A DNA stretch of 64,000 bases from positions 1,830,213 to 1,894,212 of the forward strand of contig NW_003314274.1 of assembly GCF_000143415.4 (NCBI RefSeq), given 5' to 3'. This DNA comes from Selaginella moellendorffii. Lineage: Eukaryota > Plantae > Lycopodiophyta. The position numbers and the translations under genes were made by a program. The notes under the pieces are model-generated. The model had not been told where the DNA came from, made no database searches, and saw only the letters and a list, made by a program, of their open reading frames with translations. Positions 11,303 through 22,073 of the stretch are shown here, in pieces; within the stretch, counting starts at the first letter, position 1, and each line of letters opens with the position of its first letter.

Positions 11303-13258
11303 ATGGAGGAAATGCTAACCATTGAGCTTATCAACCAATGTAGCCATCTTGCTCAAGCAAGGAGACTCCACCAAACAATCTTGCAAAACGAGCACAGTGA
11401 CAACGTATTCGTCTTGAATCTTCTCATCCAAATGTACGGCAAATGCGGCAGCCTAGAAGATGCTCATCTCGTCTTTGACGGCATCGGGCAGAGAAAACAG
11501 AATCTCTTTTCGTGGAACATTCTCGTCCAGGCATATGCCCACAACGGGGATCCAAAAGCCGCTCAAGGAATATTCGACAGCATGCCCATGAGGGACTTGG
11601 TATCTTGGACAGCACTGCTAGGAGCATATTCTCAGGCAGGGAATGTAAGAGATGCCCACTGTCTACTCGACCAGATGCCCGAATGGGACACAGTCTCTTG
11701 GAACGCGATGCTCACGGCATATTCCCACATTGGGCATCTGGACAAGGCTGGGGGCTTGTTCCAGGCCATGCCCGAGAAGAATCTAATCTCCTGGAATGTG
11801 CTGCTCTTGGCATATGCCCAATCAAGGAATATTTCCGAGTTGCACGCTATGTTTTCAAAGATGCCACAGAGGAATGTGGTATCATGGAATATATTCCTAG
11901 AGGCGCATGCAGAGGACGTGGGATCAGGTAAACGAATCTTCGATGGAATGCCGCAATGGGATCTGGTGACATGGACAACTATGGTCCGGGCATATTCCAG
12001 TGCTGGGCATATGCGGGAATCCCAAATCGTGTTTGATAGCATGCCTGTACAGGACATAATCATATGGAACGCTCTTGTGGCTGGATATGCCCAAAACGGG
12101 CATATTCTTCAAGCAAAGGAGTGTTTTGATAAAATGCCCAAATGGAATACTATGTCATGGAACATTATCATAGCAATGTATGCCCAAAACAGTCTCACCG
12201 ACAAAGCGAAGCAAATGTTTCGAAACTTGGTTTACCGAAGCGTCATGACCTGGAACATCATGATCGTGGCTTACACGCAGCAAGGATTGATCGATCAAGC
12301 AAAGCTCATCTTCGATGAAATGCCAATCCACGATGTAGTTTCCTGCAATACTTTGATAGCAGCCTTCGTCCATGACGAAGCTCGAGCGTTGCAAGTCTTT
12401 GAAACGATGGAGCAAAAGGATATAGTAACTTGGACGTCGATTCTCCAAGTTTTTCTCAGCGAGGATGGCAGCGGCCTGGAGCGAGCAAAGCTCGTCTTTG
12501 ACACCATGATGCCCGAGTGGAACGCCATCGCCTGGACCTTGATGGTCTCTGCGTGTGGAAGCCGAGGACGTCTCGAGGAAGCCCGATGGATCGTAGAGAC
12601 CGCCCCCGAGAGAGATATCCGGCTCTGGAACTCAATGCTTTCCGCCTATTCCCAGTGCCACCACCTCCAAGAAACTCTCGAAACTTTCTCGAGAATGCCG
12701 CAGCGAGACGTTGTGTCCTGGAACTCGGTGATGGCGGCGTATGCCCAAGACGGTCATATCAGCGCTGCGAGGAAGATACTGGAGAGGATGCCCGAAAGGA
12801 ACGTCGTTTCCTGGGATACCATGGTAGCAGCCTATGCCCAGAGAGGTGACACCGATCGATCGCTGCAAGCTTTCCTCTCCCTGCTGCTCGAGGGACTCCA
12901 GCCCGACGAGATGACTTTCCGGAGCGTTCTCACGGCGTGTAGCTACGTTGGAGGCCTGGAGGAGAGCTTAAGCCGCTTCCACTCGATGAGTAGCGACTTT
13001 GGTCTGGCACCTCGGCGCGAGCACTGCTCCTGCATTGTCGATCTTCTCGGGCGAGTGGGGCAGCTCCAGGACGCCGAGGAGTTCGTCACCAGTCCAGATT
13101 CTTCGTCGGCTAGCTCGGCTTCCTGGGGAGCGCTGCTGGGAGCCTGTAAGATTCATTCGGACCCCGAGAGAGGAGGACGAGCAATAACGCATTTCACCAA
13201 GCTGGATCCCGAAAACTCTGCTCCATACTTGCTACTGGCAAGCACACTAGAATCGTAG
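11303..13258 (+). CDS. PLS-class PPR protein (tandem short motifs, partial E domain, no DYW)
   Basis: Intronless ORF of about 650 aa with ~31-aa repeats (VSWNAML.AY....G....A..LF..MP) followed by CIVDLLGRVG, WGALLGACKIH and PENSAPYLLL, then a stop. Confidence 0.93.
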   Translation: MEEMLTIELINQCSHLAQARRLHQTILQNEHSDNVFVLNLLIQMYGKCGSLEDAHLVFDGIGQRKQNLFSWNILVQAYAHNGDPKAAQGIFDSMPMRDLVSWTALLGAYSQAGNVRDAHCLLDQMPEWDTVSWNAMLTAYSHIGHLDKAGGLFQAMPEKNLISWNVLLLAYAQSRNISELHAMFSKMPQRNVVSWNIFLEAHAEDVGSGKRIFDGMPQWDLVTWTTMVRAYSSAGHMRESQIVFDSMPVQDIIIWNALVAGYAQNGHILQAKECFDKMPKWNTMSWNIIIAMYAQNSLTDKAKQMFRNLVYRSVMTWNIMIVAYTQQGLIDQAKLIFDEMPIHDVVSCNTLIAAFVHDEARALQVFETMEQKDIVTWTSILQVFLSEDGSGLERAKLVFDTMMPEWNAIAWTLMVSACGSRGRLEEARWIVETAPERDIRLWNSMLSAYSQCHHLQETLETFSRMPQRDVVSWNSVMAAYAQDGHISAARKILERMPERNVVSWDTMVAAYAQRGDTDRSLQAFLSLLLEGLQPDEMTFRSVLTACSYVGGLEESLSRFHSMSSDFGLAPRREHCSCIVDLLGRVGQLQDAEEFVTSPDSSSASSASWGALLGACKIHSDPERGGRAITHFTKLDPENSAPYLLLASTLES

Positions 13259-13362
13259 GACGCTATGCGTCGGTGACTTAAAAGACCTTTTCCACACGAA
13301 AAAGAAAAACCATTAGCACTGTGGAGTGGACGATCGCGCAAAGAAGTCTCACCTTGGGCGAA

Positions 13363-15558
13363 CTATGTAGGAGGCCAACGCAGGAACTTTAGTCCTCTCA
13401 AGCTCGAGGGCATGTAGTCCTGCTCCACAGGACCACTGTGGGACGGAGGATAAATGTAGCCCTTCGCGTATCCAAGATCTTTCATGAGTTTGGTCGGAGC
13501 ATTCCTGAGATGGAGTGGAACCGGCTCGTTCTGGCCCTTCTCACGCACGTACTGCTGTGCTGCTTGGATCGCTTGGTAGACCGCCACGGACTTTGGAGCC
13601 AAGGCCAGATAAACCACGCACTGCGCGAGATGGACGTTGCACTCGGGCATTCCCAGGAAGTGGCAAGCTTGATAGCACGCAATGGCCTGTGGTAGAGCCT
13701 GTGGATCGGCCAAGCCAACGTCCTCGCTCGCGAATCTGACCAGCCTTCGTGCGACGTAGAGCGGGCCTTCACCACCTTCCAGCATCCGTGCAAGCCAGTA
13801 AATAGAAGCATCAGCGTCGCCTCCTCTCATCGACTTGTGGAGAGCACTGATGATGTTGTAGTGCTCCTCGCCGGTCTTGTCATAGAAGACGTGGGAGCGT
13901 TGCAGTGCGTCCTTAACATCTGCTAGCGTGACCACCATGACTGACTTGTCGATCTCTGTTTCTAGCGTCGCAACTCGTCTATCCAACACTTCTCTGTCCA
14001 TGCTTGTTCCATCGGCCTCTTTGTCAGCTTCTATCACTGTTGTTGCTGACGCTGCGAATGCCACTCCGGCAGCGGCAGTCACGTTCTTCCCACCAACAAA
14101 TTTCTTGAAAGGCTTTGTGTACTCTTGCTGCGAGTGCTGGACGTTCTCCTTTAGAACTTCCAAGATGTTGAAAGAATCTCGCTTCATGATCTTTTCCACT
14201 CCACTGGGCTCTTTCCTCAAAGTTCCAGTCCTGTTATCCCACTCGCCAGGAACAGCATTGCCAGTAGCAGCATCACGTCTAGAAGGCGACGGTGTGTTGT
14301 CCATCTTCGCAGCTGGAAGAGCACTCTCCAAGGCGGCTTCGCCACTCTGGAACCTGGAGCTCGCTGCTAGAACGGCTATCTCCAGAGTGTTGAGTGCTGC
14401 CCGAGCGTCTCCATCGGCTGCCGCCGCTAGAAAAACCACGGCATCGTCTTCCACGCGCAGCATCTCTGGCGAGCTGATGCCAGCGGAGACTATAACACCT
14501 TTCTCCTTGTCCAAGACAGCGCGCTTGATAAGTTTCTCCAGATGCTCGGGAAGGAGCTTGTTCATTGTGAGAACTTTGCACCTCGAAAGCAGTGCCGCAT
14601 TGATCTCGAAGGACGGGTTCTCAGTCGTGGCTCCCACGAAGACAACATGCCCAGCTTCCACGTATGGAAGAAACGCATCTTGCTGAGCCTTGTTGAACCT
14701 GTGAACCTCGTCCAGGAAGAGCAAAGTTCGCTGCCCATACTTCTTGGCCTTCTTGGCCTCCTCTAAAACCTCCCGGACCTCTTTCACCCCGCTCGTCACC
14801 GCCGAGAGCGCCACAAACCGGTAAGAAACCGTCGAAGCAATCGCCCGAGCAAGCGTCGTCTTCCCTGTTCCTGGAGGACCCCAGAAAATCACCGAAGCCA
14901 GTGAATCGCCCTCCAAGAGGCTCTTCAAGATGCCTCGAGGCCCAAGAAGATGATCCTGCCCGAGTATGGCGTTCACACTCGTCGGCCTCATCCTCTCCGC
15001 AAGAGGAACCGCGGCCTTGGAGTTTTTCTTCGCCACCTTTGTCGAAAGAAACGGGAAAGATTTCTGCTGAGGCGATGGCTGCTGTTCTTCGTCTTGCTTT
15101 AGCTTCTTCGCCGGAGGCTCCACCAGAGCTGGCTGCTTCTGGATCTTCGCTACGCCACCTCCAACATCCGCATCCACGCTCTCGAAAACTCTATCGGTGA
15201 TCGTAAGAACTGTCCGCGTGGTAGTAGTAGCATCGTCGTCCTTGCTCTTGAAAAAACTGTTCTTGCGAGTCCCAATCTTCTTCTGCGATGGAGCCTCCTT
15301 CCCCCCGTTCTCTCCATCCGTGATGGCGACGAGAGCTTTCGAAGTGCTGGCCGCGAAGAACTGATCCACTCGTCCCTGGTGCTGCTGCCGCGAGGGAGTA
15401 GTAGTAGCAACACCGGCATTCCCAGCGCCGACGATCCCATCCGACTTCCTCTGGTTGAGAATCCACTCCGTGGCCTTGAACGTCGACTTCCCCCCGGTGG
15501 CCGCCAGCGCCTGCGCCGCGAGCTCACGGCTAAACCCCATGTCAGTCAGGTAATCCAT
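13363..15558 (-). CDS. WRNIP1: WRNIP1/MgsA/RarA AAA+ ATPase with N-terminal UBA-like domain
   Basis: 731-aa ORF with PLAERMRP, GPPGTGKT, FLDEVHRF, GATTENP, ISALHKSMRG and VPLHLRNAPT. The N-terminus LTDMGFSRELAAQAL is UBA-like. Confidence 0.93.
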   Translation of the reverse strand: MDYLTDMGFSRELAAQALAATGGKSTFKATEWILNQRKSDGIVGAGNAGVATTTPSRQQHQGRVDQFFAASTSKALVAITDGENGGKEAPSQKKIGTRKNSFFKSKDDDATTTTRTVLTITDRVFESVDADVGGGVAKIQKQPALVEPPAKKLKQDEEQQPSPQQKSFPFLSTKVAKKNSKAAVPLAERMRPTSVNAILGQDHLLGPRGILKSLLEGDSLASVIFWGPPGTGKTTLARAIASTVSYRFVALSAVTSGVKEVREVLEEAKKAKKYGQRTLLFLDEVHRFNKAQQDAFLPYVEAGHVVFVGATTENPSFEINAALLSRCKVLTMNKLLPEHLEKLIKRAVLDKEKGVIVSAGISSPEMLRVEDDAVVFLAAAADGDARAALNTLEIAVLAASSRFQSGEAALESALPAAKMDNTPSPSRRDAATGNAVPGEWDNRTGTLRKEPSGVEKIMKRDSFNILEVLKENVQHSQQEYTKPFKKFVGGKNVTAAAGVAFAASATTVIEADKEADGTSMDREVLDRRVATLETEIDKSVMVVTLADVKDALQRSHVFYDKTGEEHYNIISALHKSMRGGDADASIYWLARMLEGGEGPLYVARRLVRFASEDVGLADPQALPQAIACYQACHFLGMPECNVHLAQCVVYLALAPKSVAVYQAIQAAQQYVREKGQNEPVPLHLRNAPTKLMKDLGYAKGYIYPPSHSGPVEQDYMPSSLRGLKFLRWPPT

Positions 15559-16021
15559 GGCGCCAGCGCCCGATCACGTCCGCGCCCTAGCCTAGATTCT
15601 CGATCGCTCAGCTCAATCCATACCGCATTTCCGCCCGCGCGCCGCGCGATCTCAATCCCTCCCACGCTTGGCTTGCCCGGACCTAATAAGCGATTGTCCC
15701 GTCCGTACAGACACGTCAGCGATAATAATTTCTTGCCAGTAGTGGCTGGGCGATTTCTTCCTTTCGCTGTCGCCCTGTCCAAAATGTATAGTGGATTGGA
15801 TTTATAGACAAAGATCGACGACTCGATCCTCTCGCGAAAGTTATTGACACATTCTTTGTAATGCCACAGCTAAAGTTTCTACGGGTAGAACTATAAAACG
15901 TTTGTTCTTTCCTCCAGCGCGAGCGAGCGAGCGAGCGAGAGAGAGCGATCTTCTTCCACCGACACGTTGAATGGAGAAAAAAACACTCTCTCTCTCTCTC
16001 TCTCTCCCCTTCTTTTTCTCT

Positions 16022-17879
16022 TTACTCCTGTTTGTCCTCCTCTGTATCGTCCAGGCCAAACTTCTTCTCCTTGTCTGGCTTGAGAACAGCCTTTTCGATG
16101 TCAAACGAGTTTTTTAGTGTCCCCGTAGTCAGGCCGACAGCTTCGTCCTCGTCAAACTTCTCGGTGGATTCGTCCGAGTATGCGTAGCTGCGAAAGCACG
16201 GAAGTGTCAATTCGATTTCAATCCGGGAGTTTGTTTTTTGTCTTGATGATTTCATACCGCATTGAGTTTTGTGATGGAGCCCAGAGGACGCAAAGTACGC
16301 AGAGCAGGAGGAACGAGACGACGTTCCAGAACGCCGAGATGACCCACGCGTTTTGCCAGTTCTCGCCGAATGGATCGGAAGCCTTGAAGTACAACTGCAA
16401 TGTAAGGATGATTGTGAGCATGTTTCCAAACAAAACAAGGATGTAAAACAAAAGAAAGAGAAAAAACTAGCCTCGTAGCCAATCCATGCGACGGAGGCTA
16501 TGACCGCCAATGTTAATGAGTTCGTGAAGCGTCTGTAGAGCTCCAGCTTGACAACGAGCTTCCTCGCCTAGATTGACAGCAGAGATCGTCAAAGGATGAA
16601 AGAACAGCAGCTTTGTTCTTACCTGAAGCTTCTCCAAAGTTTTTGAGAGCGAGTTGAAGATCCATAGGATGAAGAACGCGTCCAGTATTGCCACAGGCAG
16701 AACCAGCAGCAGCCTTGTCTTATTTGACATCTCGTCAATCCTCCCAACGTGTTCGACCACGTCCATAGTCTCCAAGGCTGCGAAGTAAGTCGTGCCGAGG
16801 AGCAGAACCTTGGAAGTAAGACCACCTAGCGTTGGACGCACCACACCGTATCCCATCGAAACAACCAGCACCAAAAGCCGAGCGATGGTCTTCTTGAGTG
16901 CACCGATTGTCACAGCCCATATAGTTATACCCATGGGCCTGCCGCCTCGGATGTTAAAGTTGGCGTAGTCGAAGTACCAGAAGGACATCTCGGTCATCCC
17001 AAGCCCAATGACAAGCGTGATCCAGTTTTGAAGCTGCAAGATATCCTTCCAGAACCTCGAGTATTGAAGAAACCATACCAGCCCGAGTGCCAAGTAAGCC
17101 AGTGACATGAACCCGTAGAACGTCATGAGAGCCACCATTCTTCCCGGCAGGTATCCGTGCGGGTTCTTCCACACGGTCTTGCCATCGATCATCAAGCCGT
17201 CGAGCTGAGGATCGCAGTAGACGAAGTAGAGAATGTACATGCCTGACTTTGTGATCTTGACTTCCTCCACTCCCATGGTGGTGGTGAGATCGTTGCCGCG
17301 GAAGAACACATTGATGGCTTTCGGAGATCCCGCGTTCTCGGGGTTGTGACGGAGTATCACCTCTCCCTGGTTGCAGCCAACGTCCCTGGCGAGATCTGGA
17401 GTGCAGCAAAGCGCGAGGTGACCACCGTACAGAGAACCCCCGAGCAAATCTCTGTCCGCAACGTCGAAAACCACAGCTTGGACCAGCCCAGATTTGTGCT
17501 CTGACGCTGCATGCTTGGCAGCGGCTTCTTCCGTGCGAGTGAAAGTCACCGAGTGATCAAACCTGGCACAAACAAAGGAAAAAAAAAGGAACGAAAGCAC
17601 GATGTGAGTATGGACTAGAAAAAAAAACTCCAGGCTTCTTGGAGCTCAATAGTACCTGATGTAAGAACGACCGTTGCCAATCCCAGATCTATTAGCATTC
17701 GACGTGCTCGCATAGATTCCTTCGCTGCCGCCAAAGAAAATGTAGGCATTCCCTTGCCCGACAAAGTGTTCGTGCACGTATTCGTGGACGGACGCATCTG
17801 TGGACCAAATGCAAATGGCCACCACAGCCAGCGCCAGAATCCCGCCCATTCCTCGCAGCCCTAGCTGGAAATCCCCCAT
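16022..17879 (-). CDS. Lung seven-transmembrane receptor family protein (TMEM87/GPR107-like)
   Basis: Signal peptide, LCCTPDL, WKNPHGYLPG, VSMGYGVVRPTL and LWAPSQNSMRYAYS are encoded across several short introns. Confidence 0.9.
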
Positions 17880-18299
17880 CCCTGGGCCGAGAACCGAAGA
17901 TTACCTAGAATTCCAATGCAGATCCCGCTGGATCACGCCCGCATTGCGCGAGAATCCCCGGAATTTCGCGCAGATCTTGCCGATTCACGCCTGCATTGTC
18001 CCCAGGGCGCGACGATCCAGCGATAGACCTTGCCTGGAGCCTGCCGCTCGAGAATTCCTCACGGGAATTCTACCTGGACGACGCCGTGATCATACCGATG
18101 CGCTTGGCATGAACAAGAAAGAAAGAGGGCTGGAAGGAAACACCGACTGTTGTCCACCTAAAGCGTACGAAAGCGAGTGAGATTCGTGGCCAGTGGCCCA
18201 ACATCGTTAGGTGACTGTACGAAAGGGGGTGTATGGTATATATCTGGGGCCCGATATCGAACCACCACCGGCTGGTGTGACATCACCGAGAACACATCT

Positions 18300-18390
18300 G
18301 GACTGTTGGATTTCAACGGCTTAGATCTCTTCCGGCCGAAGTTCCGTTAAAATCCTGTGTTTTACCGGTCCCGTTAAAAAACTCTGTTAT
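18300..18390. promoter_or_regulatory. Cluster of MSA (MYB3R) cores upstream of the orphan coiled-coil gene
   Basis: AACGG at 18315-18319 and CCGTT at 18344-18348 and 18371-18375, with near-matches CTGTT at ~18303 and ~18384. Confidence 0.6.
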
Positions 18391-18506
18391 GTGTGCGCGG
18401 GATTCTTAGGGTTTGGGCGCGGCTTAGCTGGAGCGATCGACTGATCGCTGAGGTTTCGATCGATCAAGAGCCGCATTCTAGGTATCTTGCAAGATTTCTC
18501 ACGGCG

Positions 18507-20067
18507 ATGGATGGAATCGAAGCTGTGTATGGATCTTCCCGCGGAGCTCTTCGAAATCTCACCAATCGGACGAGGCGGCCCGGCCCCCCGGGGGGCCCGA
18601 CGTTCGATCCGTTTTTCTGGGAGGATAATCAGCATCGCGGAGGCGGGGCATGGGTTTCCAGGACGCCGGTGCGTTGGGATCGCGAGGGCGGCGGGATTCA
18701 AGAGATTTTTCCCGCCGGTCCGGTGGGATCTCCGCGAGAGGCCAGTCCTTCTGGCGTCCAGAACCTCATGCTCAATGCCAAGGACAAGGAGGCTTTGCTG
18801 GAAGAGTCGATCAGGCTGAAGCAAGCGATCCACTGCCAGGATTTCTTTCTTCGCCGGGACAAGGTCCACGTTTCAACTGTGGAGATTGAGAATCGGTAGC
18901 TACTTGGAGTTTGGATTTCTTATCTGGCTTTTCTGACGAATCGAGCTTCTATGACAGGAAGCTCGGGTTTGATATCAAAGATATGGAAACGCTAGGAAAC
19001 ATCAAGTCTCCACCCCGTGGAAGAAGCATACGTACCAGACTTAAAGGTAGAAGGAAAATCTAGCGTAGCTCGAGGTTTTTTTCTTTTCATAGAACTTGCA
19101 ATGCTCCTTGTTCTCTTTTTTTTTCTCTCTTACGCAGGACTAAAGATAAGATACGAAGACATGCGAGCTGTGTGCGACGCGCAATTTGACGAGCTATCCA
19201 CGATGCGAAGGGATTCACGGCCAACGGCGATTCAAGTAAGAACGAACTACTACTACTTCAGAACGTTTCAAACTAACCAGAGACATTAGGCTTGTCATAA
19301 AATCTCAGGAAATGGAGATGGACCGAGACGCGCTGCACTCTGAGATTTCCAGGTTGCACAGAGACGTTACCGGGTTGAAAGCAGTCCAAAACGCTCTCAA
19401 ATGCGAGCAGAAAGGCTTGTTTTGCATCAAGGAGAAGGCAGACGAGCTGGAAGAAGTCAACCATACTTTGGAAAAATGCATGGACGTGAGTAAACCAGAT
19501 TCGATCGACTAGGAACACTTCTGATATTCGTTCTATCAGGCCGTAAACAAGGAGCTTGCAAGAACAAGCCACGACATGGTTGTGTTCAACCAGAAAATGA
19601 TCGAATCGGGCCTGGAGGCGAGAAGAAATGCAAAGAGATTCAAAGACTTGGAGGAACACACGGCAGCACTGAAGATCCTTATCGAGAGGGAGAAATCCGA
19701 GAGGATAGATCTGGACAAACAGCTGGTGGGATTGGAGCAGCAGGTCAAAAAGGCCGAGCAGGAGCTAGTTTGCAAAGCAACAACAAAGCCCAAGGACGAA
19801 CCTCTCGCGAGCGCAGCGTCAAAGCAAGGAACCACCGCCGCCACTACTGCTACTGCCGCCAAAGGACTGAAGAAGGCTGCGAGCAAACCACCAACACCAA
19901 CGCCGGGAAAGTTCGATCCGCCGCTCAAATCGAGCAAACCATCGACAGCTCCAGCTCCATCGAGATCCAGAGCCGCGACGACCAAAGCGAGCTCGATCAA
20001 GCCCGCTGCGTCAACCAAAGTTGCTGCTACTAGTACCACTGGAGTTTCCAAAAAGCAACGAACTTGA
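18507..20067 (+). CDS. Uncharacterised coiled-coil protein (about 426 aa) with D-box and basic A/K/P/S/T-rich tail
   Basis: Exons 18507-18895, 18958-19046, 19138-19235, 19309-19485 and 19540-20067 splice in frame (1281 nt) with GT-AG introns. No family was recognised. Confidence 0.8.
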
Positions 20068-20130
20068 CTATGTGTTAGAATGTGAGGTAAATAAGTAAAA
20101 GAAAAGGAACAAATTCTCATCTAAAGTGAT

Positions 20131-21977
20131 TCACCTTCGAATCGTGTTTCTCTGGTCTCGTCTCGCTCCGCCGCTGTCCCTTCGACTGCTACCATCGCGG
20201 TGATCCAAATGTGACCACTCCGACTTGTAGCGGTCCCTGCGAACTGGAACTGGAGACCGGCTTCTCTCTCGATAGTCTCGTCCTCCTCCTCCCCAGCGAG
20301 GAGCATAAGGCGATGGCGGTCGTCTCTCGTCTCTAAAGCCTCCTGGGGGCGGCCCCCTGTTCTCGTGATAGTAGTCTCTTTCCCTCTCCCTGTGTCCACC
20401 ACCATAAAAACTTCCTCCTCTATCGAAGCCTCCTGGTTTATCAAATCTCTCCCTGTCGAATCTTTCGTGCTCGTATCGATGGTCGAAGCCTTCTCGAGAT
20501 CTCACGTCCCTGCCCGGATGGAAGTGCCTGTCCGGGAAGTGGTGCTCCGGGGGACCGAAGTCGTCGAAGGGTCTGCGCTCCCACATCGGTCCCGGCGGCC
20601 CGAATCCACCACCAATCGGTCTGTCCATGCCTACAGGCGGCGGTCCATCGAGGAACGGAGGTGGCAGTGGCCGAAAGTTTGGAGGATCCATCCGGAAGGG
20701 ACTCATGTCTCTCCTGGGCCGGCTGCAGTTGTTACAAGCGGTCCTTCGAGCAAAGTTTAGATTTCCACAGCTGCAGGAAAGAGAGAGAAGCGTAAAGAAC
20801 GAAACAGGAAAGCTTAACTCAGCGAGAGCTTACGTTGGTTCTGTGCATATCCAGTCGCCTTCTCTCGGAGCAACATTGGGATTGTTACGTCCAAAGCCGT
20901 CCGCACGGAAGTCGTCAGAAGGCCCCCGGCCTCGACCAAATCCTCCACCTCGTCCTGGTCCATCGTATCTCCGGCCTCTTCCTCTAAACGCCGCTCTAAA
21001 AGGGAAGTCACTGAACCTTCCTCTGCGAGGACTGAGGCTGGGACTGCGGCTTCGGCTTCCACTTTTCTTACGTGCCAGAGAGACTTGGATTTTGCTTCCT
21101 TTGTATTCATAGCCTGGTGATTGAAAGACATTAGTACAAAACCAACCACTGCCTACATATTCCATACGTACCATCGAACCATTTGATCAATCCCTTTGCA
21201 GCTTTTGGATCCTCCAGAACGACCTCGGCCTCGCAATCGCCACGATATGTCTTGAAAACTTTAATACCTTCTCGACCAACCTATTCAAAACGTTTCATCA
21301 GCTTTATTCACAGCAAAGAAAACTTCTACCTTCGGCTCTCCAGCTTCAGCGAGCAATTCCACCAGATTCTCCTCCATCACTCCGTCGGGAAGATTGGAGA
21401 TGTGGATCATATCTGCAAAAGAACGAAGCGTTATATAGACTCACAAGCCTCCTCAAACAGAAGAATGCAACTTAGAAACACAAATCAGGCACTTACGTGG
21501 AGGAGAAATACAGGACTAATGCAACTTGAAGCGAGAGATCCATACTCACTGGCTTCTAAAATCCAGCTAAAGGCTACAAAAAATCCCACCCCTCCAGTAG
21601 ATAGATTTCCCAGACCCTCCTCTACTCCCGAGCAAGCACACAAGACAACCCACTACTAAGCAGCCCCCGTAGAAACAGTCCTCTAAGCAATCTAAAGCGA
21701 AATTCTAGCCCAAACCTGCATCTTCCCGGAATCGATGCACCTCCCTCCTTTCAACCTCAGATCTCAGAGCACTGTTTAGCGGAGTAGACTCCGGCTGCTG
21801 AGATCCCTTTTCTCGATCCCATTCTCCTTCTTCTTGAGGCACTGCTGCTGCTACTTCTGCGGCTAATCCTTCCGGCTCCGCTGATGCCATACCTTCGTCC
21901 GGTGGCGCCGATCTGGCGAATTCTTCATCAGCTCCGCCGAGAGCGACGGCGCCATCGCCATCGCCTTCTCCTTCCAT
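20131..21977 (-). CDS. RRM plus RanBP2 zinc-finger RNA-binding protein (TAF15/EWS-like) with RS/RGG regions
   Basis: RNP2-like IHISNL, RSRSPSLSPRR, RGG tract, PREGDWIC.EP.CGNLNFARRTACNNC and an RD/RE-rich tail. Confidence 0.85.
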
Positions 21978-22073
21978 CCCACTCACAAACCCTAGGCTTC
22001 TTTATCCTTGTGTTTCCCGTTGGCTGGATAACTCGGGTTCGATTCCTGTTTTAAAGCATTAGGTCATGCCAAA

